From Mobula hypostoma (lineage: Eukaryota): a stretch of DNA of 64,000 bases. Positions 1 through 11,300 of this stretch are shown piece after piece; position 1 is the first letter of the stretch, and the number at the start of each line of letters is the position of its first letter. Position numbers and translations under genes: made by a program. The stretch is taken from positions 211,980,001-212,044,000 of the forward strand of contig NC_086097.1 in assembly GCF_963921235.1 (NCBI RefSeq). The letters run 5' to 3'. The notes below the pieces were generated by a model. It saw only the letters and a list, made by a program, of their open reading frames with translations. It did not search any database and was not told the origin of the DNA.

Positions 1-319
1 TGGAAATGGTGAATGGTGATAACTGAGAACTTGTATTCCCAATTATTATATGTAAAACTGACACAAATTTAGGCTTTTCACAATACAGTGTTTATTTTAA
101 AGTTTCTACAAATTAATATCCTATGTACAGACTGTGGTTAGATGTAAAGCATGAACAAGGCATAACACATTGTGGTTATGATATCAGTTACCTTTAAAAT
201 CTAAGATAAAGTCCAAGTGATTTTAAATGGAGTTTTCAGCTATAACTGCAGGTGAGCAAAGTCTTTTCATAAAATGTTTTTTCAGATAAATATATTGTCA
301 ATATTTTTAGTATTTCAAT

Positions 320-1019
320 TGGGAGGGGATCCTGGGGTGCCTTAACTGTTTGGAGAGAGACATTTATCATTGATGGTTTGTTTGGAAAGGAGAGAGAGAC
401 AGAGTTATTTACCACTGATATGTTGCTTTTGAAAAGAGAGAGAGAGAGAGAGAGACGAAGATTAACGGTTGGACTGTCACTTTAAGGCATTGGAAGTAAC
501 TTTGGATTTTTACTGAGTTTGGAGTTGGAGACAGCACCGAGCAGCTCGAAAGTTGCTATGGTGACTGAAGGCAGTGTTAATTAATGGACACTCGATGTTA
601 TGATTTTCAACACATTGTTGATATTTCTTCAAGGACTTGTTGCCTGCTTGTACTCCTTTACAGACAAAGGAGGGAGGGACTCTTTGACTGATAGGTGATG
701 CTCAGCCTGGTGAAATAAATGGGAGGTCAGATGATACAGACCTGAGGACACATGATCTAGACACTGAAGGAGCATTGTTGTGCCCGCAGAGAAAGTGGGT
801 TTTGGAGGATCGATCAGGCAGATCGATTCCAAATTGCAATTCCAACGTAGGAGAAGGGGTTGACTGGTGGGGAGTTGTCTATGTGTCCACCCTTGCCAGG
901 GTGATAGCTCCACCACAGGAAGACCAGTCCCCCTGGTTAAAGTCACAGTCGGTGACTTGTAAAGGATTTCGGAGGACGACGAGAAGATCGATGGCATCAG
1001 CTCACCTGAAGACTCAACT

Positions 1020-1052
<33 letters not shown>

Positions 1053-1325
1053 ACTACTCAACTAAATACCACGAACTGAACTGAACTGAACTTTACTCAA
1101 CATCGTAAGACTGTCCCCCCTAGACTTAACGAAGCTTGGTTTTCATACATATATATTCCACACTTACTTTTATATATAATCATTGCTAACCTGTTTGATT
1201 TATTTACATTTATATTACTGTATTGCGTAGTTACTAATAAATATTAGTAGTTTATAGCAACATGAGACTCCAAAGTGTTTTCCATCTCTGCTGGTTTCTT
1301 AATCCCCGTCACGGGGTACGTGACA
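320..1325 (+). repeat. 5' LTR
   Basis: Direct repeat of 4868..4928 plus 5771..6476; ends ...GGGGTACGTGACA. Confidence 0.9.
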
Positions 1326-1384
1326 TAAATTGGGGCCTGTGTCCACGATATGAACAAATTGGTCGGGAGGCTGGTTTGAATTGA

Positions 1385-4300
1385 TTGGGGAAAATCCCTT
1401 TTGAATTTGGACTTTTGATTTGGTTATGTGGAAAAACAGCGGAAATGGGTGTTACAGATTTTCTGAAATCACCAGACCTGGTGACATTGAAGTTTGCTAA
1501 AAAGTATGAGTTGCGGGACATCGCTGAAGAATTGAGAATTGAGGTAAAGAAGGGTGTGAGTAAGGTAGTAATTCAAAGGAAAATAGTTGAATATTATATA
1601 GATAAGGGAACATTTGATGAGGAGGCGTTAGAGTTGTTCGTGGAAGGTGAACCTACTGAGGATGAGTTTCAGCTTCTGTTGGAAATGGTAAACAGGGAGC
1701 ATGAACTGAATTTAAAACAGCTCGAGAGGGAGGCCAGAGAGGCAGAGAAATGAAGAGAAGAGGCAGCAAGACAGTGAGAGGAGGCAGAAAGACAGAGACA
1801 GCTCGAGAGGGAGAAATGGCAAGGTGAATGTCATGTGGCAGAAAGGCAGAGACAGTTTAAAAGGGAGAGGTTGCAGCAAAGAGGTTTATTGTCGGACCCT
1901 GATGATTTTTACAGCTCGGAAGGGCTAGTTTCGTGTGATGAATTTAAAAGTTGTGTAAATGATGAGGGAAGGGCATATGCAGTGGCAGGAGATGCCCCTA
2001 CCCTGCAGGGGTCTGATGAGAAAGCAGACGAAGAAGTTTTAACCTGTGAGGTTGAGTTAACTCCAGAAGGGAGTTTGCCAGAGAATAACTGGGAGGTTCG
2101 AGACGACCTTGAATTTGAAACTGGGACAAGTGATGACAGCCCAGAAGAGGCAGCTGTCCCGATTGCCTGTGTTCAGGTTGTTGAAGTACCTGTGGATTCA
2201 CAGGGTACTGAACCTTGTGTTGAGGCTCAGTTGAAGTCTGAGGTGTCTGACTTGGTTGGACAGGAAAGCAGTTTTTGTGTGTCAGATGATCTTGGTTCAG
2301 TGAGTAAGGGGTTAACCTTGGTACCAGTGGAATGTGAAGATTCTCAGTCATTTGTAGTAGACCATGTTTTAAAAGTTGGTCATGAAATGGAACCTGGTGA
2401 AGTCAGTGTTGCTGGAAGTAATGGGAAAAGTGCTGTTCCTGGACTTTTGGATAAAGTGCTGGAAAAGGTTGGATTGGTTGCACAACCCTTTGACCCTGCT
2501 TGCAGGACAAAGGCCTGCTGAGGCAGGATGCGCTAGTTTGTTGGATTTTGTTTGGACCTTTGGAAGTATGCATCTGCAAGGTCATGCTGTTGTTCAGGAA
2601 AATGGTTGTGGTTTTGGAGTGGAAATTGCCATGGATAAAAGTCGAAGTATAGGTCGTAATGAGATGGGTAGTTTATTTGGTCTCTTTCATATTCTGATCA
2701 GCCTGATGATGGTACTGAGTTTAATAAACAATAGAGGCATGTTGACAGCTCTCCACGATAAGAGTGTTTCAGCAATTCAGCTAATGAGCAAAGTTGCTAT
2801 TGAGACCTGTGATAGAAAAACCAAAGGTTTAAATTATTATGAGGTGTCAGAGACTTTTCTACCTTCTAGATTTCAGCAGGACTTAGAAGGTAGTACAGCT
2901 GATAAGGGTAAGGTGTATAAGAAAAGTTTGTCTTTATTGAGAAAGGAATGTATCGAGGAACAGAAGCGAGATTCTGGAATGGTGGCTTTAAGGGAGATGG
3001 CTCTCACAGGAGAGTAAGTTCAGAGAGAGTCAGTGGGACGTTACCTTAAAGATGGGGTGTTGATAAGGAAGTGGAGACCAGCCACTGTGCCTGCAAGACA
3101 CGTGGTGGTTCTGGAAGGTTACAAGGCTGAAATTTTAAACGTGGCTTACAGTATGCCTTTAGGTGGACATCATTGTGTGAGAAATGAGGAAAGTGGGAAC
3201 AAGGGGGTTCCCCTCTTCTTATTTAGTGGTGGAGATGCGATTCAGAAGGCAGTGAGGGGTAATTTGTTGGAACCTGTGTTCAGTTACAGGCCAAGAGGAC
3301 CTTTGACCCTACTCAGAGAACTTTGGAAGGGATTTGGTAAGCTTTGTGACTTTGTCAAGGAAAGTTTACAAAATGGTCGAGTCAAAATAAGACACTTGTT
3401 TACTAGAATTGCAGCTGGGAGAATGGTTGGAGTACAAAATAGAATCGTGAAATCTGATAATGGAATGGAAAAACATGTTTTCTCACTGAATCTAGACTCA
3501 CCAAGACGTCAGAATTCCATTGTTTTGAAAATTATTACTGATAAGGTCCACCAGTTGGACCCAAAGTCGAAAAAACAAGTAAAAGGACTAATTGGTGTTT
3601 TGAAATGGGGCACAGTGCAGTGAATGACATCATTATGAATTTAGTCCAGCTTATGAAATGGCATCTTCACAGAGTGAACTTTGAGAAAAGTAAAATGGGT
3701 GGAGAAGAAATTAGAAACAGGAAGGAACAAAGAAAGAGAATGGATGATTGTATTGATAGAGTGGGGAAGGCTAAATACCCTTATTAAGGTTGACTTGTTG
3801 AAAGGATACCGGGGTGGTCCTTTAACAGAGAGGGTTAAAGAGATATCAACATTTGTGACACCATCTAGACTGCATAAATACAATGTTTTATACTTCGGGA
3901 TGAAGAATGCTCTAGAAACATTTCAAAGAATGATCAATTCTGTGATTAAAGTGTTAGAAAGCACAGGAGTTCATATCAATGAATTAGTGGTCTGGAATGA
4001 CACGTGGGAAGAGCATATTGCAGCTGTAGAGAAACGGTTTGACAGACTTTCCAAGGCCAATCTTGTGGTGAACTTTCCTAAAAGTGAGTTTGGCCATGCC
4101 CCAGTCACATATCTGGGTTATGTGGTGGGCCAAGGCCAGCTGGCTCCTGTACAGGCCAAGGTTCAAGTGATTGAGAAGGGTTTCAGGAATGGTTGAGTAT
4201 TATCATAAGTTATGTAAGAATTTAGCTGGCATTGCTTTCCCCCGAACAAAACTCCTAGGGAAGAGTGAAAGGTTTGAATGGAGTGATCTTTGCCAGGAGG

Positions 4301-4745
4301 CGTTTGAACATTTGAAAACCATCCTGTGCTCAAAGCACCGGATTTTTTCAAAGCCATTTTCTACAACAACAGGTGTTATTGAGGAAGCTGCTGGGGCAGT
4401 ACTGTTACAGAACGGAGTGGATGATACTGAACATCCGGTAGCTTATTTCTCAAAGAACTTTAATGTACACCAGAAAAATTATTCAATTGTTGAAAAGGAA
4501 TTATTAGCACTTATTCTGGCTTTACAACATTTTGAGGCCCGTGATCAGAGACCTCAAAACCTTTCTGTTGCTCAGAGACCATTTGTGGTTTACATGGGTT
4601 ATAATCAGTTGATGTTTCTAACTGAGATGAAGGATAAGAATAGAAGGTTGTTAAATTGGAGTCTGGTATTGCAGGAAGGTGACTTAAAAATCAAACATGT
4701 GAAAGGTACTGACAATGTTATAGCTGATTAGTTATCCAGATGTTA
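1385..4745 (+). pseudogene. Broken gag-pol with order gag - integrase - RT - RNase H
   Basis: YLKDGVLIRKWRP...PLGGHH (IN Zn region); VDLLKGY...FGMKNALETFQR...HINE (decayed YIDD)...VTYLG (RT); AGAVLLQ...HPVAYFSK...YSIVEKELLAL...NVIAD (RNase H). Several stops, frameshifts and deletions. Confidence 0.85.
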
Positions 4746-4867
4746 AGATGAAAACTGTAACTATTTTTGCTTTGTAATCTGTTTTTTTCCCGTGTTGTAT
4801 AAAACCCTGTGACGGACATTTAAAAAAAATCGTCTTTGACAATTTTTTTTTCCCTGAGGAAGGGGAG

Positions 4868-6476
4868 TGTGAGGGGATCCTGGAGTGCTCCTATTAACTG
4901 TTTGGAGAGAGACATTTATCATTGATGGTGTTACGTACCCCGTAACTGGGTTGCCAAACCAGCAGAAATGGATCACTCAGTTGGAGTCTGGATTACTAGA
5001 ACTAAGAAAGTTTTATTAAAGAAACAAGCAACACAGTACTCTAATCAAAAGGATAATGAATGCAACAGTTCAGCAATGATAAACATACATGTACATAGAA
5101 TTCAGGATCAAACAAGCTCTATCGTTGTCTAGGGGCAAATGACCAGTTTCAAAATGACACAAAGTTCAGTTCAATTTAGTTCAGTTCGCAGTAATCGTTG
5201 CCATGGCGATGGACAGTGGGGGGGGGGGGGAGGAGAGAGGGAGCAAAACGAATGAATATTCAACACAGCTTCCACACAGACCTTCGCAGTCAGCTTTCGT
5301 GCGAGCCCTTTGTGATGTCGTATGAGGTCACCGACCGTGACCCCTCCGTTTCCAGATACGATCGTTTCTCTGCGCTGAACCTGGCACCCAGGCAAGGGTG
5401 GACACACACCAGGTTCCCGCCGATCGTGCCTTTCCACCCTGTGCGTTTATGGCCCGGTACTTCCCACCGACTTGCGGGGGGGGGGGCACCGCTTCCAGGG
5501 TCTCGTTACCTCGGGTGTCGTGTGTGTCCTGCCTTAGCGAACCTGTCCCTTTTTATCCCCCTGCTGGGGTATCGCCTGTCCATCACTTCAAACAGTTCAG
5601 GGTTCAAAGGGGGAGCCGCTCCAGACAGCTCTCTCTCCGGTCCCTTCATTACACATCTCCAAATGCTGCTGCATTGTCTTCCTTATCTCTCTTTCTCCTG
5701 AAGACAGGTGGCAGACCAACTGCTGATCACACAGGACAGCTAACATCTATGTGTATTCTTGTCACAATGGTTTGTTTGGAAAGGAGAGAGAGACAGAGTT
5801 ATTTACCACTGATATGTTGCTTTTGAAAAGAGAGAGAGAGAGGGACCAAGATTAACAGTTGGACTGTGTGATGCTCAGCCTGGTGAGATAAATGGGAGGT
5901 CAGATGATACAGACCTCGGGACAGAGGACACATGATCTGGAGCATTGTTGTGCCCGCAGAGAAAGTGGGTTTTGGAGGATCGATCAGGCGGATTGATCCA
6001 AATTGCTATTCCAACGGTGAAGAAGGGGTTGACTGGTGGGGAGTTGTCGATGTGCCCACCCTCGCCTGGGTGATAGCTCCACCACAGAAAGACCGGTGCC
6101 CCTGGTTAAAGTCATAGTCGGTGACTTGTAAAGGATTTGGGAGGACGACGAGAAGATTGACGGCATCAGCTCACCTGAAGACTCAACTCTCTCTCTCTCC
6201 ATCACTACTCAACTAAATACCACGAACTGAACTGAACTGAACTTTACTCAACATCGTAAGACTGTCCCCCCTAGACTTAACGAAGCTTGGTTTTCATACA
6301 TACATATTCCACGCTTACTTTTATATATAATCATTGCTAACCTGTTTGATTTATTTACATTTATATTACTGTATTGCGTAGTTACTAATAAATATTATTT
6401 GTTGTTAGCAATACGAGACTCCAAAGTGTTTTCCATCTCTGCTGGTTTCTTAATCCCCGTCACGGGGTACGTGACA
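4868..6476 (+). repeat. 3' LTR, interrupted by a solo LTR and lacking about 215 bp present in the 5' LTR
   Basis: Aligns with 320..1325 except for the insertion at 4929..5766 and a deletion of about 478..694. Confidence 0.88.
4929..5766 (-). mobile_element. Solo LTR of a related family, inserted in reverse into the 3' LTR
   Basis: TGT...ACA termini and a 4-bp TSD ATGG (4925-4928, 5767-5770). Its minus-strand 3' end (CTGCTGGTTTGGCAACCCAGTTACGGGGTACGTAACA) matches the LTR ends at 37406 and 39209. Confidence 0.9.
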
Positions 6477-7327
6477 TAAAATATATAATGGAATTAATTA
6501 TTATTCTTTGAGTTATTTTAAAATATTTTAGTTGTGTTTATGTTCTCTTATTTACTCTGTGCTCAATATATATTCAATAAAATCAAAATCACTCCTTTTG
6601 CTTCTAGAAACTGTTGATTATGTTGTCATTTAGAATGTTTGAAAATGATCTTTGGACATCCAAATGGACTTCTTGAATGATACTTCAAGACAGACTTCAA
6701 AAAAAGTTGAATTTAGTAGATCTATAGTATGTGGGAAGTTTTCTTCAAATACTGTTCACTGAAAATGTTCCTTTGTGCACAAACCCCAGGCCTGACAGGA
6801 ACTCTGGCAGAACTGTGTAAAACAGTGTTAATATGGTGAGTGATCCTCCGAAATCGCATGTAAATCTGATCCGGCAATTCAAGGGAAGAGAAACGGCACA
6901 GTAATTACCTCACCATGGCCGGGTTTATAGGATAACACCAATGTTTTAGATATTTCCATAACTACCACAAACCAAGTCCGTGGTATTTGTCATTTTAAAA
7001 GGAACTGTGCTGCAAGGACACGTTAATTGAGTTGGCAGCGGTTTCTGAAGAGATGGGAATTTAATCAAAATCTATTTGAGTTCAAAACTTGTTCAAATAA
7101 GGACGGGCTAAATTTTCCACTGCCGTAATGCCAGTGGATGCTCATACGCTCAATCTGTGTAACTCTGCTTGGCGGTATGTGGAAAATCGAACTGATTGTG
7201 TTCGCACTACAGAAATTGTAAACTCCAGCAGTAAAAAGGGCGAGTTGTCATGGTTAAACTACCCTCTGTCCGTATAACCTTGACTGCAAACATGATGTCC
7301 ATTTTCTCAAAGGATGTTGGACAACTA

Positions 7328-7385
7328 TATCAAAGTTGCTGGTGAACGCAGCTGAATTTCCAGCATCTGCAGAATTCCTGTTGTT
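7328..7385 (+). mobile_element. 58-bp Penelope-like micro-insertion (inverted arm plus tail)
   Basis: ATCAAAGTTGCTGGTGAACGCAGC joined to TGAATTTCCAGCATCTGCAGAATTCCTGTTGTT, flanked by TGGACAACTA / TGGATAACTA. Confidence 0.7.
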
Positions 7386-7959
7386 TGGATAACTACCGGC
7401 ATTTCTCTCTCTCTCTCTCTTTGATCTTGGGCACAACCAAGTGTATTGAATACCGGGAGAAAATCTGAAAGGGTTTGCTGCGCAATCATGTTGTAAATTG
7501 AACTGAATTACTTTAAGTTGTAGTACATAAGTCTGACGACAACGAATTGCTTACACCAGTAAAGAATTGATGAATTAGGACTATCTTGCGGAAGTTCTTC
7601 CCTGTAGAGGGTAACTAATACTTGTAAAATACCCCCTGTAATTATTCAGGACATAGATTGAAATTCGTATGCCTACCCGAAAAGACGCGAATCACTCTTG
7701 ATTATTTTGTGCTCATGTAATTCGGACCAACTACATTTAAAAAGCAGATGATCTTAATTCCACATTAAAATAATTATCTATGGGAAGTAAAAATTTCGAT
7801 AATATTTAATATAAAATCCATCAAAGGCTGCACATAAACGCAGCCTGCCGAGTTCCTCCAGCATTTTGTATGTGTTGTTTTGAATTTCCAGCATCTACCG
7901 ATTTTATCGTGTTTGCGACATAAATGCAGATTTATTTTTTGTTAGAAGTCCGGAAGATT

Positions 7960-8307
7960 CACCCAAAGTGTGTGACGCATTGACGGAGCGCCTATTGAAT
8001 CTGTACCCTCCTTTCCCCGCCCTATTCATTTTAAATACAGTATCTCAGCTCATTCAACTGTACAACCCTGCAGAGGTAGTTGCTTGTCTGTCCCCCTGCG
8101 TAACTTGCAATGCGATGTTTTATTTTCGGCTTGGGCTTTTAATTTGTAATCTACCCCCAAAAGGACTTCGGTCGCTAGCGCTGCTTTTGTTTGTTTTGTA
8201 ACAAATACAGTGAGGCAACAAAGTCTGGGGGACTCTAAAAATCAGGAGGGAAGAACAACGCTATCTGCAGCCGCCACCACCCGTGGTTCTTGACAAGTTA
8301 GCCGACA
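7960..8307 (+). promoter_or_regulatory. Putative proximal promoter/5'UTR of the CYP7 gene
   Basis: Non-repeat, mildly CpG-rich stretch upstream of the ATG. It has a GC box (CCCCGCCC ~8015), forkhead-like TGTTTGTTT (~8188) and HNF4-like CAAAGTCT (~8219). The motifs are short, so support is weak. Confidence 0.35.
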
Positions 8308-8384
8308 ATGGCAGACGTCGGTGTCTTGATTGCCAGCATCTTGGCTGCTCTTTCACTCGTGTGGTTCCTGCTGTTAAGGAGAAG
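8308..8384 (+). CDS. CYP7A1: CYP7A1-like exon 1 (coding part), [25 protein letters not shown](R)
   Basis: ATG in good Kozak context (ACAATGG), a hydrophobic signal-anchor and a basic RRR. It ends in phase 2 at AG|GCAAGT, matching the phase of exon 2. Confidence 0.85.
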
Positions 8385-11300
8385 GCAAGTACAGATATGT
8401 TAATCGTTTCTAGAACCTTGAGGCGAACTTTATAGTAGTCAGGTTGCATTAAAATGAGATCGCAGAATTCTGATTTCTAAAAGATCTGTTCACGTTGCCT
8501 CACACATCAAAGTTGCTGGTGAACGCAGCAGGCTAGGCAGCATCTATAGGAAGAGGCGCAGTCGACGTTTCAGGCCGAGACCCTTCGTCCTGACGTCGAC
8601 TGCGCCTCTTCCTATAGATGCTGCCTGGCCTGCTGCGTTCACCAGCAACTTTGATGTGTGTTGCTTGAATTTCCAGCATCTGCAGAATTCCTGTTGTTCA
8701 CGTTGCCTGATCCTTTTGACATTTACTCTATTTCCCCCCTTTTTAAAATTCTTTGTCTCTCTTCCCTTTGAAAGCCATTATGGATTCATAGAAACATAGA
8801 AACATAGAAAATAGGTGCAGGAGTAGGCCATTCGGCCCTTCGAGCCTGCACCGCCATTTATTATGATCATGGCTGATCATCCAACTCAGAACCCAGCCTT
8901 CCCTCCATACCCCCTGACCCCTGTAGCCACAAGGGCCATATCTAACTTCCTTTTAAACATAGCTAATGAACTGGCCTCAACAGTTTGCTGTGGCAGAGAA
9001 TTCCACAGATTCACCACTCTCTGTGTGAAGAAGTTTTTCCTAACCTCGGTCCTAAAAGGCTTCCCCTCTATCCTCAAACTGTGACCCCTCGTTCTAGACC
9101 TCCCCAACATCGGGAACAATCTTCCTGCATCTAGCCTGTCCAATCCCTTTAGGATCTTATACGTTTCAATCAGATCCCCCCTCAATCTTCTAAATTCCAA
9201 CGAGTACAAGCCCAGTTCATCCAGTCTTTCTTCATATGAAAGACCTGCCATCCCAGGAATCAATCTGGTGAACCTTCTTTGTACTCCCTCTATGGCAAAG
9301 ATGTCTTTCCTCAGATTAGGGGACCAAAACTGCACACAATACTCTAGGTGTGGTCTCACCAAGGCCTTGTACAACTGCAGTAGTACCTCCCTGCTCCTGT
9401 ACTCGAATCCTCTCACTATAAATGCCAGCATACCGTTCGCCTTTTTCACCGCCTGCTGTACCTGCATGCCCACTTTCAATGACTGGTGTATAATGACACC
9501 CAGGTCTCGTTGCACCTCCCCTTTTCCTTTCCTGATAGAGTTTTCTTTGGCCGATTCTCTGGTCTGCTTGTGCCAGTGTACAGAATTGTGTGGGAAAGGA
9601 CTGGGGATCCAAACCTCACATTCAGGCTATTGGCGGGTTAGGAAGGCAGAGGGAGAGGCTGGGGGAGGTGGAACTGGGAAACACACACACACACACAGAA
9701 AAGACCATGGTGGTACTTAAATGACAACAGTCACAATCCCTCCCGTATTAAGTGGTCTGGGAAATCCCTCACCCAAGTTTTTAGGAGTCTTCTTCCGAAG
9801 GTGATTCCAATTTAAAGATTAAAGATGCAGTTGCCAACTTTTAAATACGTTAGTGATTCTGTGAAATTCACCTAATATCAGCGAAGGTTTTTTTAAAAAT
9901 ATATATTTTCTGGATCTGGCTATTAATTTCCCATCTCTAATTGTCATTGAGAAGCTAGCGGTGAGCCACCTTCTGAAACCACCGCAATGCTCTAATGAAA
10001 CATAGAAACATAGAAAATAGGTGCAGGAGTAGGCCATTTGGCCCTTCGAGCCTGCACCGCCATTTATTATGATCATGGCTGATCATCCAACTCAGAACCC
10101 CACCCCAGCCTTCCCTCCATACCCCCTGACCCCCATAGCCACAAAGGCCATATCTAACTCCCTCTTAAATATAGCCAATGAACTGGCCTCAACTGTTTCC
10201 TGTGGCAGAGAATTCCACAGATTCACCACTCTCTGTGTGAAGAAGTTTTTCCTAATCTCGGTCCTAAAAGGCTTCCCCTCTGTCCTCAAACTGTGGCCCC
10301 TCGTTCTGGACTTCCCCAACATTGGGAACAATCTTCCTGCATCTAGCCTGTCCAATCCCTTTAGGATTTTATACGCTTCAATCAGATCCCCCCTCAATCT
10401 TCTAAATTCCAACAAGTACAAGCCCAGTTCATCCAGTCTTTCTTCATATGAAAGTCCTGCCATCCCAGGAATCAAATCTGGTGAACCTTCTTTGTACACC
10501 TCATATACCGTCTGGGTAGTCTCCAACCCCTTGGTATGAACATAGAATTCTCCAACTTCCGGTAATTCCCTCCCCCTCCCTTCCCCCATCCCAGTTTCAC
10601 TCTGTCCCTCCCCCAGCTGCCTATCACCTCCCTCATGGTTCCGCCTCCTTCTACCACCCATTGTGTTTTCCCCTATTCCTTCTTCACCTTTCCTGCTTAC
10701 CCTTCCCTGCTTCGTCTCCCCCACCCCTTTATCTTTCCCCTTACTGGTTTTTCACCTGGAACCTACCAGCCTTCTCCTTCCCACCCTTCCCCCACCTTCT
10801 TTATAGGGCCTCTGCCCCCTCCCTCTTCAGTCCTGACGGAGGGTTCTGGCCTGGAACGTTGACTGATCATTTCCACGGCTGCTGCCAGTCCTGCTGAGTT
10901 CCTCCAGCGTGTTGTGAGTGTTGCTTTGACCCCGGCGTCTGCAGAGTATTTTGTGTTTATGTGGAGTGGTTGCTGGAGTGCCAGTCAGACAGGCTACTAC
11001 CCCCAGATAGGGTGATGTTTCTGGAGAGCTGTTGCAGTGGCACTGCAGCCAACCAGATGCAGAGTTCATGGTCAGGCCAATGCTATTAAATGTCAATGGG
11101 TAAGTGGCTAGATTCTCAATTAACGGAGATGGCTGATGCCTGACATTTATGTGGCTTATCAGCCAGTGCCTAAGTGTTGTCTAACATGCAGGTGTGCTGA
11201 GAATTGCTTCCTATGGCGAGAGTTGTGAACGGGATTAGACAATGTGCAATTCAGCAACAAACTGCCTGCTGATTGTCATTGATGAAACAGCTGAAGATGA

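Larger units (their letters stand above)
320..6476 (+). mobile_element. Degenerate Gmr1-like Ty3/Gypsy LTR retrotransposon with two LTRs
   Basis: LTRs at 320..1325 and 4868..6476, both TG...TGACA. A degenerate tRNA-Pro-like PBS (TGGGGCCTGTGTCC) follows 1325 and a PPT (GAGGAAGGGGAG) precedes 4868. Internal remnants are gag, integrase (3033-3330), RT (3750-4190) and RNase H (4171-4745). Confidence 0.9.

Noticed and set aside
2376..3017. Hydrophobic 213-aa ORF as an env-like gene
   Set aside because: It lies between gag and integrase and ends in pol linker sequence (IEEQKRD). No furin site, fusion peptide or env position.
316..6480. Target-site duplication for the first LTR element
   Set aside because: The flanks CAAT and TAAA do not match, so none is claimed.
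8385..8395. Canonical GT donor at 8389 (CAA|GTACAG) for exon 1
   Set aside because: It gives phase 1, whereas exon 2 needs phase 2, and it fits the donor consensus worse than AG|GCAAGT.
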